Shown in pieces: positions 1-8,611 of a stretch of DNA of 64,000 nucleotides; the stretch's first letter is position 1, and every line of letters starts with the position of its first letter. The stretch comes from Pseudomonadota bacterium (GTDB taxonomy: Bacteria > Desulfobacterota > Binatia > Binatales > Binataceae). The position numbers and the translations under genes are program-made. Below the pieces are notes generated by a model that made no database searches, was not told the DNA's origin, and saw only the letters and a list, made by a program, of their open reading frames with translations. The stretch spans positions 35,594 through 99,593 of the forward strand of contig JAJPJA010000039.1 of NCBI GenBank assembly GCA_021324455.1. The letters are read 5' to 3'.

Positions 1-54
1 CGGGGGTAATTCGAGGCCGGCGGAATTCTGGAAGCGGCGGGGGTTGAATACGTC

Positions 55-600
55 ATGACCGCAAAGCGTCTAAATCAGGGAATTGAGGTGGTGGAGGACT
101 CGAGTCAGCCCGTGAGAGGCCACAAGGAAGTGACAATGCAAGAGAAAGAAACGCTTGATGAGAGGCTGCCGAGCCTGTTCGAACCGGACACGCTCCTGCC
201 TGTTCAATATTTCGAGGCGATGCGCCGCAAGCATCTGCTCGAGGGTGAGAAACGGCTGATCCTGAGCGTACTGGAGGACGGGATCGAGTGTTTCATGAAG
301 TATGTCGACGCGCCGACCGGCAAGGGTCAGCGGCTGTTTCGCGACGCCGAGGAATGGATCAATCTGCACGACAAGCAGTGGATTTTCTCCTTCGACAACG
401 TCTGTGACATGCTCGACATCAATCCCGACTACATGCGGCGGGGACTGCACGAATGGAAGCAGAAGCGGCTGGCCAAACTTAATCACCAGAGCGAAGATGC
501 GGCCGAGACCAAGGCCCATCACAGCGACAGGCCCGGCCAGCGCAAACCCGAAACCGCCCAGCGCAAACGGCATTTGCATCTGCATAAAGTGCACGCCTGA
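55..600 (+). CDS. hypothetical protein (181 aa), no recognisable domain
   Basis: Complete ORF with diverse, non-repetitive amino-acid composition, unlike the Arg/Ala-rich shadow ORFs that overlap it. First gene of a co-directional run that ends at the terminator at 1811-1845. Confidence 0.45.
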   Translation: MTAKRLNQGIEVVEDSSQPVRGHKEVTMQEKETLDERLPSLFEPDTLLPVQYFEAMRRKHLLEGEKRLILSVLEDGIECFMKYVDAPTGKGQRLFRDAEEWINLHDKQWIFSFDNVCDMLDINPDYMRRGLHEWKQKRLAKLNHQSEDAAETKAHHSDRPGQRKPETAQRKRHLHLHKVHA

Positions 601-748
601 GCGCGGCGCGGAAAACCTTTTTAGATTAGCCAGGCGGTCTGATGATTCAGGCCGCCTGTTTAATTTTCGCCCTAACGCTTGTTTCGTCGCCCACAGAACC
701 CCCTGCCGATAAACCGAAACCGCCGGCCTCCGTCGGCTGCGGGAAAGA

Positions 749-1087
749 GTGTCATGGCCGGCGCGATCGCGTACTCTGGAGGCCGAGGTTGTTGTCCGCT
801 CCGTGCCGCTCAAGACTAAAATCGAATGCCCTTCCTGCCATCAGGACCTGACCATTAAGCGGGGCGGCAAATGCCCCAACTGCGGGATAGCGATCTCGGC
901 GCATGTCGCCCGGATGCGCGCCCGCGAGCGCAGAATCGAGCAGACGGTTGCGATAATCGGCTCGATTCTGGTGCTGGCGCTGTTTTTGACCACCACCGGC
1001 GTGAGCCTGGGATTGATTGAGGGCGCCGCGGTTTACGCCGCGGTCGGCGCCGTGATGTTTTTCGTGGCGCGCAAAACCTTCAGCTGA
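749..1087 (+). CDS. small membrane-anchored zinc-ribbon protein
   Basis: GTG start directly preceded by GGGAAAGAG. Contains a CPSC-x16-CPNC zinc-ribbon motif, followed by one or two hydrophobic helices (IIGSILVLALFLTTTGVSLGLI ... AAVYAAVGAVMFFVA). The true start may lie further downstream. Confidence 0.4.
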   Translation: MSWPARSRTLEAEVVVRSVPLKTKIECPSCHQDLTIKRGGKCPNCGIAISAHVARMRARERRIEQTVAIIGSILVLALFLTTTGVSLGLIEGAAVYAAVGAVMFFVARKTFS

Positions 1088-1170
1088 AATTACGCGTGTA
1101 AACGATTCTCCGTCCGCCGGCGTCGAAGAATCGACGGGATTGAAAACCTCGGAAGGAGAAAACACCGGCG

Positions 1171-1794
1171 ATGAAAGCGACGACTTACGGATTCCTGGCG
1201 GCGGTGGTTGCTTTGGTCTTGTTCGCCACGCCGCTTAAGGTATTGGCGCATGATTTCGGCGGATGGCATCACGACCATGGCCATCATTGGGGATGGTACA
1301 AGCATCACGGCGGCGAAGGCTGGGGCGGTTACGGTCCGGGATACGGTTGGCATCACCATGATTGTGATGATGACGATTGGGGCGAGCATGGCGGCTACGG
1401 CGGTTATGGTCCGTATGGCGGTTACGGCGCGGGCTATGGCGGTTACGGTCCGGGCTACGGCGTGACTCCGCCCATCAGCATTCCGTGGAACGCGGGCGGC
1501 TACCAGGGATATTACGGATCAGGATACGCGCCCAACGGTAAGCTGATGCGCATGCAGCAGCGTTACAACGCCAACCAGGCATTGTACCAGGCCGCGATGG
1601 CGCAGGGCAACTACCCGCTGGCCAACAAGGCCGCCGCGCACATGCAGAAACAGTCGATGCGGCTGAACGCGGCCAATTCGATGCTGGGCGGAATGGGAAT
1701 TCCGTACGGCGCTCCCGGCTATGGTGCCAACCCCTACTACGGGCAGGGGGGCTATTCTCCGCTGAGTTCAATAATGCAGATGTTCGTTCCGTAA
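1171..1794 (+). CDS. secreted low-complexity protein: His/Gly/Tyr/Trp-rich N-terminal half with GYG repeats, Met/Gln/Asn/Ala-rich C-terminal half
   Basis: Signal peptide MKATTYGFLAAVVALVLFATPLKVLA. Repeats of the form GYGGYGPYGGYGAGYGGYGPGYG, visible as DNA-level ggctacggcggttatggt repeats. His-rich block HHDHGHHWGWYKHHGG and a DCDDDD run. The C-terminal half contains 10 Met. A RBS-like GGAAGGAG lies 8 nt upstream of the ATG. Confidence 0.6.
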   Translation: MKATTYGFLAAVVALVLFATPLKVLAHDFGGWHHDHGHHWGWYKHHGGEGWGGYGPGYGWHHHDCDDDDWGEHGGYGGYGPYGGYGAGYGGYGPGYGVTPPISIPWNAGGYQGYYGSGYAPNGKLMRMQQRYNANQALYQAAMAQGNYPLANKAAAHMQKQSMRLNAANSMLGGMGIPYGAPGYGANPYYGQGGYSPLSSIMQMFVP

Positions 1795-1810
1795 GGACGC
1801 TTTCCTTGAA

Positions 1811-1845
1811 AAAAAGCCGGACCGGCAGGTCCGGCTTTTTTTTGG
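1811..1845 (+). terminator. rho-independent terminator
   Basis: AAAAAAGCCGGACCGGCAGGTCCGGCTTTTTTTTGG: a perfect 8-bp GC stem (GCCGGACC/GGTCCGGC) with loop GGCA and a T8 tract, immediately after the stop at 1794. Confidence 0.85.
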
Positions 1846-1950
1846 ATTTACTCCTCCCGCATGGCGGCACTGCCGCTTGTGGGTTGTCGTTCAGGCGCGG
1901 GCAGTGGGTCGGACTGGCACGGCGGGACAAAATCCGCCATTGATTCCCGC

Positions 1951-2679
1951 ATGAACCGAAGCATCCGTCTCTTCGCCGCAATCCTCCTCTGGCATTGGTT
2001 GGCGGCGGCTTTTGCGCAGACTGCCGCAACCGCGGCCGCGGGACTGACCTGCAAACCAGCCAATCTTGGTCTGTACAAAATCGAACTCACCCGCTACGTC
2101 GAATCCGGGCAGTACGCGCGTGACTTCGCCGCCGCCGTGGCCCCCGCCGCGGCTTATTTGGCAGCGCAGGCAAACCGTAAAGGCAAGCTTGCCATCGTTC
2201 TGGATATCGACGAGACCTCGCTTTCGAACTGGCCGGTGATTAAGGCCGACGATTTCGGCTTCATCCGTCGCGGCCCCTGCGATCTGTCGCGCAGCGACAT
2301 GCCGCAGGGCGCATGCGGCTGGATCGAATGGATCAACCAGGCGCGCGATCAACCGCTGATGCCGACGCTGCAGCTCTATCGTCAGGCGCGAAAAGAGGGC
2401 GCGGCGGTGTTCTTCATCACCGGGCGCCCGGGCTCGCTGCGCGCAGCGACCGAGCGCAATCTGCGCGCGGCCGGATACCACGGCTGGAGCGCGCTGATCA
2501 TGAAAACCGGCGGCTACCGCACTGAATCGGTGATTGCCTACAAGTCCTCGGCGCGGCGCTCCATCGTTAAACGGGGATACACCATTGTGCTGGATATGGG
2601 CGACCAGGAAAGCGATTTGGCCGGCGGCTTCGCCGAGCGCACCTTCAAGGTGCCCAATCCTTTTTATTACATTCCCTGA
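1951..2679 (+). CDS. HAD superfamily subfamily IIIB acid phosphatase (class B / e(P4)-like), secreted
   Basis: Signal peptide MNRSIRLFAAILLWHWLAAAFAQ and a DxDET motif (VLDIDETSLSN) typical of HAD-IIIB acid phosphatases. The ORF-track start at 1861 is probably an N-terminal over-extension; the ATG at 1951 gives a clean signal peptide. Confidence 0.7.
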   Translation: MNRSIRLFAAILLWHWLAAAFAQTAATAAAGLTCKPANLGLYKIELTRYVESGQYARDFAAAVAPAAAYLAAQANRKGKLAIVLDIDETSLSNWPVIKADDFGFIRRGPCDLSRSDMPQGACGWIEWINQARDQPLMPTLQLYRQARKEGAAVFFITGRPGSLRAATERNLRAAGYHGWSALIMKTGGYRTESVIAYKSSARRSIVKRGYTIVLDMGDQESDLAGGFAERTFKVPNPFYYIP

Positions 2680-2700
2680 GCTTTATTACATTGCCTGAGC
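2663..2700. repeat. 19-bp tandem direct repeat (TTTATTACATTCCCTGAGC / TTTATTACATTGCCTGAGC) at a convergent gene junction
   Basis: Two adjacent copies at 2663-2681 and 2682-2700 with one mismatch. Copy 1 carries the last codons and TGA of the + strand phosphatase gene; copy 2 carries the stop (TTA = TAA on the minus strand) and last codons of the minus-strand oxidase gene. Confidence 0.7.
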
Positions 2701-5556
2701 CAGGCCGAGGTTGAGCACTTCCGCCAGATGCATCGCGCGGCGGCCGGGACAAAAATGCGCGATTTGGGTGCGGCATGAAAAGCCGTCGCTGATGATGATT
2801 GTGTCGGAAGCGGCGGCGCGGATTGCCGCCAGCAGCACGCGCTCGCCGATGGCGCGCGACAATTCATAGTGAGCGGTCTGGTAGCCGAACGCCCCCGCCA
2901 TCCCGCAGCATCCCGAATCCGGCGTCAGCAGCTCAAGGCCGTCGATCCGTTTCAGAATCGCAACTTCGTGCTCCAGACCGGCGATTGCTTTCTGATGGCA
3001 ATGCCCATGCAGCAGCGCCGTGCGTCCCGCCAGAGCGGGCAGGGCGAGTTGCGGAGCTTCACGCGCCAGAAATTCGTCGAGCATCAAGGCCGACCGCGCC
3101 ATCGCCGCCGCGCGGTTATCGGCGGGAAACAGCGCCGGCAACTCGTCGCGGAAGGTGAGTACACAACTGGGCTCCAGCCCGACGATCGTTTTGCCCTGAT
3201 CGAGCAGCGGCGCCATCGCGTCCATCACCCGGGTCAGCCATCGCCGCGCGGTATCGAGCAGGCCGTGGTCGAACAGCGGCCGTCCGCAGCATAGATCGAC
3301 GGCTGGGATTTCCACCGCGAAGCCGGCGCGTTCCAATACTTCCACCGCCGCGCGCGCGATCCCGGGTTCGAAAAAATTGGTGAAGGTGTCAGGAAACAGG
3401 ACGACGCCGCGCCGGGCGCCGGCCCGTCCGCGGCGTCGAAACCAGGCGCGGAAGGACTCCGCCGCGAATGCCGGCAGTGTGCGATCGGGATGGATGCCGC
3501 ACAGCGCACGCAGGACCGATTTCGATATCGGCAGACGCGCCAGGCGATTGATTGCGCGCGGGGCGAATTGCGCGAATGCGGCGCCGTAATGAATTCTGCC
3601 AAACAGATGCGCCGACAGCGGCCGCCGATGGCGCTGATAGTAATGCGACAGGAACTCCGCCTTATAAGCCGCCATATCGACGCCGGCCGGGCATTCGCGC
3701 TTGCATCCCTTGCACGCCAGGCACAGGTCCAGCGCTTCGTGAATAGCGCTGTCCGCGCTATCGCCGCCCAGAAAATCTCCGGTCAGCGCCTCGTACAGCA
3801 GATGGGCGCGGCCGCGCGTGGAATGCATCTCCTCGCGCGTTGCCATGTACGAGGGGCACATCATGCCGCCTTCGAGGCGGCGGCATTTGCCAATCCCGAC
3901 GCATCGCGAGGCCGCGCCGGCAAAACCGTGGTCGGCGCTGAAATCGAAGTGGGTGTCAAGCGGGCGTCCCGCGGAGGTCGCGCGCAGATGGTCGTCCAGC
4001 GCGTCGGGGTTGACGATCACGCCCGGATTCATCCGATTGCCCGGATCGAAGATGCGTTTGAATTCAGCGAACGCCGCGATCAAATCCGTCCCGAACATCT
4101 TGGGCAGCAGTTCCGAGCGGGCGCGTCCGTCGCCATGCTCGCCCGACAGCGAACCGCCGAACTCGCCCACCAGATCGCCGATTTCGAGCATCGCCGAGCG
4201 GAACTGACGCACGCCTTCGGGCGTGGAAAAATCGAAATTGATCCGGCCGTGGACGCATCCGTCGCCGAAATGCCCATAAAAGGTTGCGGCCTCAAGCTGG
4301 CGCCGCGCCAGCAAGGCCTGCAGGCGGCGCAGAAAGCCGCCCAGCTTTTCCGGCGCAACCGCGGTATCCTCTGCGCCGGGCCAGGTGCGCGGGCGTCCGG
4401 CAATGACGGCGCTGGCGCCCAGACCCGACTCGCGCAATTCCCACACCGCCTTCTGCTCGCGCTCGTCGCTGAACAGTTTGCAGTCCGCGCGGACGGCGGC
4501 GTTGCCGGCGCGGCGGGCCAGTTCCGCCGCCCGCCCGCGTGCGTCGTCCGCGGTATCCGCGCCGAACTCCACCATCAGGAAGCCGCCGCCGCGCGGCAGC
4601 CTGCGCTCGACTTCGGCCGCGCCCGCCCTGGTCCGGCAGAACTCGATCAGCCGGTTGTCGAAACCCTCCAGCGCCTGCGGGCGATGCTCCAGGATCCACG
4701 GCACCTGGTCGGCGGCCTGGAACATGTCCTCAAATCCCATCATCAGCAGGGCGCGGCGGCGCGGACGCGGCACAAGGCGGACGGTGGCTGACAAGGTCAG
4801 CGCCAGCGTGCCTTCGGAGCCGACCAGCGCGCGCGCCAAATTGAAGCCGTTCTCCGGCAGGAGCTGGTCGAGATTGTAGCCGGATACGCGCCGCGGAATC
4901 CGGGGAAAGCCGCCGCGAATCGAAGCGGCGTAGCGGTCGCGCAGCGCGATCAATTTCGCGTAGGTCTCGCCTCCGCGGGGGCTATCGCCGATTCGCGCCA
5001 GTTGTTCCTCGGCGCTGCCGCCCAGGCGCATCCGGGTGCCGTCATAGAGCAGGGCGTCGAGTTCGATCAGGTTGTCCACGGTCTTGCCGTATTGGACGGA
5101 ATGCGATCCGCAGGAGTTGTTGCCGATCATCCCGCCCAGGCAGCATCGATCCTTGGTGGTCGGGTCTGGGGCGAATTGAAGATCGAGTTGGGCGGCCTGG
5201 TTGTTGAGCGTGCTGAGAACCACGCCGGGTTCGACCACGGCCACGGCGCGGTCCGCGTCGATAAGTTTGATTGAATTCAGGTACTTGGAAAAATCCAGCA
5301 CCAGGGCGCGATTGCAGGTCTGGCCGGCCAGCGACGTGCCGCCGCCGCGGGGCACGATGGCCACGTCGTTCTCATGCGCAAGAGCGAGGGCGGCGATAAC
5401 GTCGCCTTCATGGCGGGGAACGACGACGCCGAAGGGAATGAGCCGGTAGTTGGAAGCGTCGGTGGAGTAGAGCGCCCGGCTCCCCGCATCGAACCGTACT
5501 TCGCCCTCAAGGCGGCGCCGCAGTTCGGCTTGCAGGACCGGGAGCGAGATTTTCAT
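2686..5556 (-). CDS. FAD-linked oxidase fused to a Fe-S cluster-binding domain (GlcD-GlcF fusion type, YdiJ / D-2-hydroxyglutarate dehydrogenase-like), 956 aa
   Basis: The N-terminal FAD-binding PCMH domain shows VAIVPRGGGTSLAGQ. The C-terminal region has ferredoxin-like CxxCxxCxxxCP motifs (CLACKGCKRECP, and CCGRPLF for a second cluster). The size matches the YdiJ family. Confidence 0.85.
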   Translation of the reverse strand: MKISLPVLQAELRRRLEGEVRFDAGSRALYSTDASNYRLIPFGVVVPRHEGDVIAALALAHENDVAIVPRGGGTSLAGQTCNRALVLDFSKYLNSIKLIDADRAVAVVEPGVVLSTLNNQAAQLDLQFAPDPTTKDRCCLGGMIGNNSCGSHSVQYGKTVDNLIELDALLYDGTRMRLGGSAEEQLARIGDSPRGGETYAKLIALRDRYAASIRGGFPRIPRRVSGYNLDQLLPENGFNLARALVGSEGTLALTLSATVRLVPRPRRRALLMMGFEDMFQAADQVPWILEHRPQALEGFDNRLIEFCRTRAGAAEVERRLPRGGGFLMVEFGADTADDARGRAAELARRAGNAAVRADCKLFSDEREQKAVWELRESGLGASAVIAGRPRTWPGAEDTAVAPEKLGGFLRRLQALLARRQLEAATFYGHFGDGCVHGRINFDFSTPEGVRQFRSAMLEIGDLVGEFGGSLSGEHGDGRARSELLPKMFGTDLIAAFAEFKRIFDPGNRMNPGVIVNPDALDDHLRATSAGRPLDTHFDFSADHGFAGAASRCVGIGKCRRLEGGMMCPSYMATREEMHSTRGRAHLLYEALTGDFLGGDSADSAIHEALDLCLACKGCKRECPAGVDMAAYKAEFLSHYYQRHRRPLSAHLFGRIHYGAAFAQFAPRAINRLARLPISKSVLRALCGIHPDRTLPAFAAESFRAWFRRRGRAGARRGVVLFPDTFTNFFEPGIARAAVEVLERAGFAVEIPAVDLCCGRPLFDHGLLDTARRWLTRVMDAMAPLLDQGKTIVGLEPSCVLTFRDELPALFPADNRAAAMARSALMLDEFLAREAPQLALPALAGRTALLHGHCHQKAIAGLEHEVAILKRIDGLELLTPDSGCCGMAGAFGYQTAHYELSRAIGERVLLAAIRAAASDTIIISDGFSCRTQIAHFCPGRRAMHLAEVLNLGLAQAM

Positions 5557-5586
5557 GGCGGTTTATTATCCCCCTGTCAGGGGGAG

Positions 5587-5609
5587 ATGGGCGCCGCTGC
5601 GGCGCCCAT
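5587..5609 (-). terminator. GC-rich stem-loop between two minus-strand genes (possible weak terminator or 5' UTR structure)
   Basis: ATGGGCGCCG-CTG-CGGCGCCCAT is a perfect 10-bp stem. It is not followed by a canonical U-tract on either strand, and it sits 31 nt upstream of the oxidase start codon. Confidence 0.3.
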
Positions 5610-5651
5610 CTTTAGCTATCCGAGCCGCCACCCATTTTCCTGCTGCGTTGA

Positions 5652-6692
5652 TCAGGCCGGGTTGATGGCAATCTTCCCCATCACCTCGTTGCGTTCCATG
5701 ATCTCCTGCGCGCGGCCGAGTTCCTTAAGCGGCAGTACTTTGCCGACCACGGGCTTAATCTGGCCCGACTCGATAAAGCGCATCGCGTCGACCAGTTCGG
5801 CTTTGTTGCCCAGATGCGATCCCAGGTAGTTCTGCTGCTTGTTCCAGAGCAGACGGATGTCCATATGCGCGTCGAAACCAGAGGTTGCGCCGCAGACCAC
5901 GATGGTGCCGCCCCACTTCAGGCATTGCATTGAGATGGGCCAGGTATCGGCGCCGGTATGCTCGAACACGATGTCGGCGCGTTTGCCGTTGGTAAACTTG
6001 CGGACCTCTTTGAAAACGTCCTGTTTGGAGCGATTGATGACGAATTCGGCGCCGAGTTCCTGGCACATCTTAAGTTTGTCGTCGCCCGAGGCGACCGCGA
6101 TGGCGCGCGCGTTGAACAGCTTGGCGACCTGGATGGCCATGATGCCGAGGCCGCCGGCGGCGCCCCAGATCAGGACGAAATCGCCGGCGCGGATTTTGGC
6201 CCGCGTCACCAGCATCCGCCATACGGTTACCAGCACCAGCGAGATCGACGCGGCCTCTTCATGGCTGAGATTTTTGGGCTTGGGCAGCACATTGACGGCG
6301 GGGAGTTTGCAGTACTCGGCGTGGCCGCCGTCGAGCGGTCCGGTCTGGAAGCCCCAGATTTTGAAGTCTTTGCAGAAAAACTCGTTGCCGGCGGTGCAGG
6401 CTTCGCATTCGCGGCAGGACAGTCCGCAATGGACGATGACCTCGTCGCCGACTTTGACGTTATGCACGCCGGGACCGATTTCGGCCACCACGCCGGAAAC
6501 GTCGGAACCCGAAATGTGGGGCAGGATGATCTCCATGCCGGGCAATCCGCGCCGCGCCCAGATGTCGTTGTAGTTGCAGGCCGAGGCTTTGACCTGGATC
6601 ACGACTTCGTTGTGGCCGGCTTTCGGCTGCGGGGTTTCCTTGTACTGAAGCACCTCGGGGCCGCCGTTTTGCTCGAATATGACTGCCTTCAT
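5652..6692 (-). CDS. medium-chain dehydrogenase/reductase (zinc-dependent alcohol dehydrogenase family)
   Basis: Structural-zinc Cys4 motif CGLSCRECEACTAGNEFFC, a GxGxxG-like cofactor loop LIWGAAGGLGIMAIQ, and a 346-aa length. Confidence 0.8.
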   Translation of the reverse strand: MKAVIFEQNGGPEVLQYKETPQPKAGHNEVVIQVKASACNYNDIWARRGLPGMEIILPHISGSDVSGVVAEIGPGVHNVKVGDEVIVHCGLSCRECEACTAGNEFFCKDFKIWGFQTGPLDGGHAEYCKLPAVNVLPKPKNLSHEEAASISLVLVTVWRMLVTRAKIRAGDFVLIWGAAGGLGIMAIQVAKLFNARAIAVASGDDKLKMCQELGAEFVINRSKQDVFKEVRKFTNGKRADIVFEHTGADTWPISMQCLKWGGTIVVCGATSGFDAHMDIRLLWNKQQNYLGSHLGNKAELVDAMRFIESGQIKPVVGKVLPLKELGRAQEIMERNEVMGKIAINPA

Positions 6693-6960
6693 AGTTTAAC
6701 GCTCCGCGAAATGTTCTGGATATTCAACCAAAAACTCAACATAGGTAGCGTTTCGGCGCATCCGAGACAACAGCCCGCGCAACCGCGTCCGGTACACCGC
6801 CAGTTCCCGGCACGGAGCCGGCGCTGGTTGATTGATCCAACGGAATTCCATAGAAATCAACGGGCATTCGGCGCCCCTGGGTCTTTTCTGACTCCGGTTG
6901 CCGGGCCAACCTCGCCAGGTATCGCAGGGTCGAAGCGGCGCGCCGGTACAATGGTATAAA

Positions 6961-7437
6961 ATGGCAGTCAGAAAAATCGAGCGGGGACACTACTTCGAGG
7001 ACTTCGAGGTCGGCCAGGTCTTCAGGCATCACTGGGGCCGCACCATCAACGAGGGCGACAACTCGCTGTTCACCAGCGTGACGATGAACTTCAACCCCAT
7101 CTACTTCAACCGCGAGTACGCACGCAGCCTGGGCTACAACGACCTTATCGTCAATCATATGCTGGTGCTCAACGTGGTCTTCGGACTGTCGGTCGAGGAC
7201 CTCAGCGAGCGCGCCATCGCCCATCTCGGATATGAAAAGGTGAAATTTCTCGGCACCGTCTATGCCGGCGATACGCTGACCTCGCAGTCCGAAGTGCTGT
7301 CCAAGCGCGAAGCGTCGCGTCCGGACCGCGGGGTGGTCAAGTTCCGCACCACCGGCTTCAACCAGCGCGGCGAGAAGGTGCTGGAATACGAACGCCCCGT
7401 GCTGATCCGCAAACGCAACCCCGGTTCCAAGGAGTGA
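6961..7437 (+). CDS. MaoC-like (R)-specific enoyl-CoA hydratase/dehydratase, hot-dog fold
   Basis: Single MaoC domain (FEDFEVGQVFRHHWGRTINEGDNSLFTSVTMNFNPIYFN). The start was moved from the track's 6898 to the ATG at 6961, which gives the typical MaoC N-terminus. Confidence 0.75.
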   Translation: MAVRKIERGHYFEDFEVGQVFRHHWGRTINEGDNSLFTSVTMNFNPIYFNREYARSLGYNDLIVNHMLVLNVVFGLSVEDLSERAIAHLGYEKVKFLGTVYAGDTLTSQSEVLSKREASRPDRGVVKFRTTGFNQRGEKVLEYERPVLIRKRNPGSKE

Positions 7438-7443
7438 ATCACG

Positions 7444-8607
7444 ATGCCCGCCGTAACACCGGAACACGAAGAAATCCGCCGCTCGGTTCGGGAGTTCGTC
7501 GAGCATGAAGTGGTGCCGATCGCCAACGACCTCGACCGCCAGGAAGCGCAGATCCCCGAGCCCATCATCCAGAAGATGGCCGAACTGGGCTATTTCGGCA
7601 TCATCTTTCCCCCCGAAGAGGGCGGAATGGGTCTGGATTACGTCGCCATGGCGATCGTGACCGAGGAACTTTCCCGCGGATGGCTTTCGGTGGGATCGGT
7701 GATGACCCGCAACCTCATCACCGGCAGCCTCATCCACAACAACGGCACGCCCGAGCAGAAGAAAAATTTCATGCCGCGAATTGCGCGCGGCGAGGTGATG
7801 ACGGCGGCGGCCTTCACCGAGCCCGATACCGGTTCCGATACCGCCTCGCTCAAGCTGCGCGCGGTCAAGCATGGCGACGGCTACCTGCTCAAAGGCTCCA
7901 AGATGTGGTGCACGTTCGCCAACCGCGCCAACATCCTGACCGTGATGACGCGCACCGACCCCGATGTCTCGAAAAAGCATCGCGGGCTGTCGCTGATGCT
8001 GTTGGAGAAGACGCCGGGCGACGATTTCGCGCCGCCGCATCTGACCGGATCGCGGATTCCGACTATCGGCTATCACGGCATGAACAGCTTCGCGCTGTCG
8101 TTCGACGACGCGTTCGTGCCGGCCGCCAACCTGATCGGCGGCAAGGAAGGTCAGGGCTTTTACCAGCTCATGAACACCTACGAGGCGGCGCGCATCCAGA
8201 CCGCGGCGCGCGGCGTCGGCGTGGCGCAGGCGGCGTACGAATGCGCGGTGAAATACGCCAAAGAGCGGACCCAGTTCGGCGTGCCGATCGGCAACCATCA
8301 GGTGATCCGCCACAAGCTGGCGCACATGGCGGTGGAGATCGAAGCGGCGCGCCAGCTCGCGTATTTCGCGGCGTCGCAGAAAGACACCGGCAAGCGATGC
8401 GATTACGAGGCCGGGTTGGCCAAGGTGTTTGCGGCCGAGATGGCCGAGCGGGTCACGCGCGAGGCGATGCAGATCCACGGCGGCTACGGCTATTCGATGG
8501 AGTTCAACGCGCAGCGCTTCTGGCGCGACGCGCGCGTGCTGTCGATTTTCGAGGGCACCAGCGAAATCCAGCTCGAAGTAATCGGGCGCCGGATCATGGA
8601 GCAGTAA
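7444..8607 (+). CDS. acyl-CoA dehydrogenase
   Basis: Full-length ACAD fold (387 aa). The C-terminal signature YGYSMEFNAQRFWRDARVLSIFEGTSEIQ is present. An AGGAG RBS lies 11 nt upstream, and the gene starts 7 nt after the upstream stop. Confidence 0.9.
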   Translation: MPAVTPEHEEIRRSVREFVEHEVVPIANDLDRQEAQIPEPIIQKMAELGYFGIIFPPEEGGMGLDYVAMAIVTEELSRGWLSVGSVMTRNLITGSLIHNNGTPEQKKNFMPRIARGEVMTAAAFTEPDTGSDTASLKLRAVKHGDGYLLKGSKMWCTFANRANILTVMTRTDPDVSKKHRGLSLMLLEKTPGDDFAPPHLTGSRIPTIGYHGMNSFALSFDDAFVPAANLIGGKEGQGFYQLMNTYEAARIQTAARGVGVAQAAYECAVKYAKERTQFGVPIGNHQVIRHKLAHMAVEIEAARQLAYFAASQKDTGKRCDYEAGLAKVFAAEMAERVTREAMQIHGGYGYSMEFNAQRFWRDARVLSIFEGTSEIQLEVIGRRIMEQ

Positions 8608-8611
8608 GCCG

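Noticed and set aside
70-813. 247-aa minus-strand ORF overlapping the 181-aa + strand gene
   Set aside because: Arg/Ala/Pro-rich composition typical of antisense shadow ORFs in high-GC DNA. No start context or domain.
3490-4791. 433-aa + strand ORF inside the FAD/Fe-S oxidase gene (also 2799-3294, 4292-4879)
   Set aside because: Antisense to a gene with strong domain evidence. Composition is Arg/Ala-rich low complexity.
5958-6959. 333-aa + strand ORF and 5839-6573 ORF overlapping the MDR reductase
   Set aside because: Shadow frames of the well-supported reductase gene.
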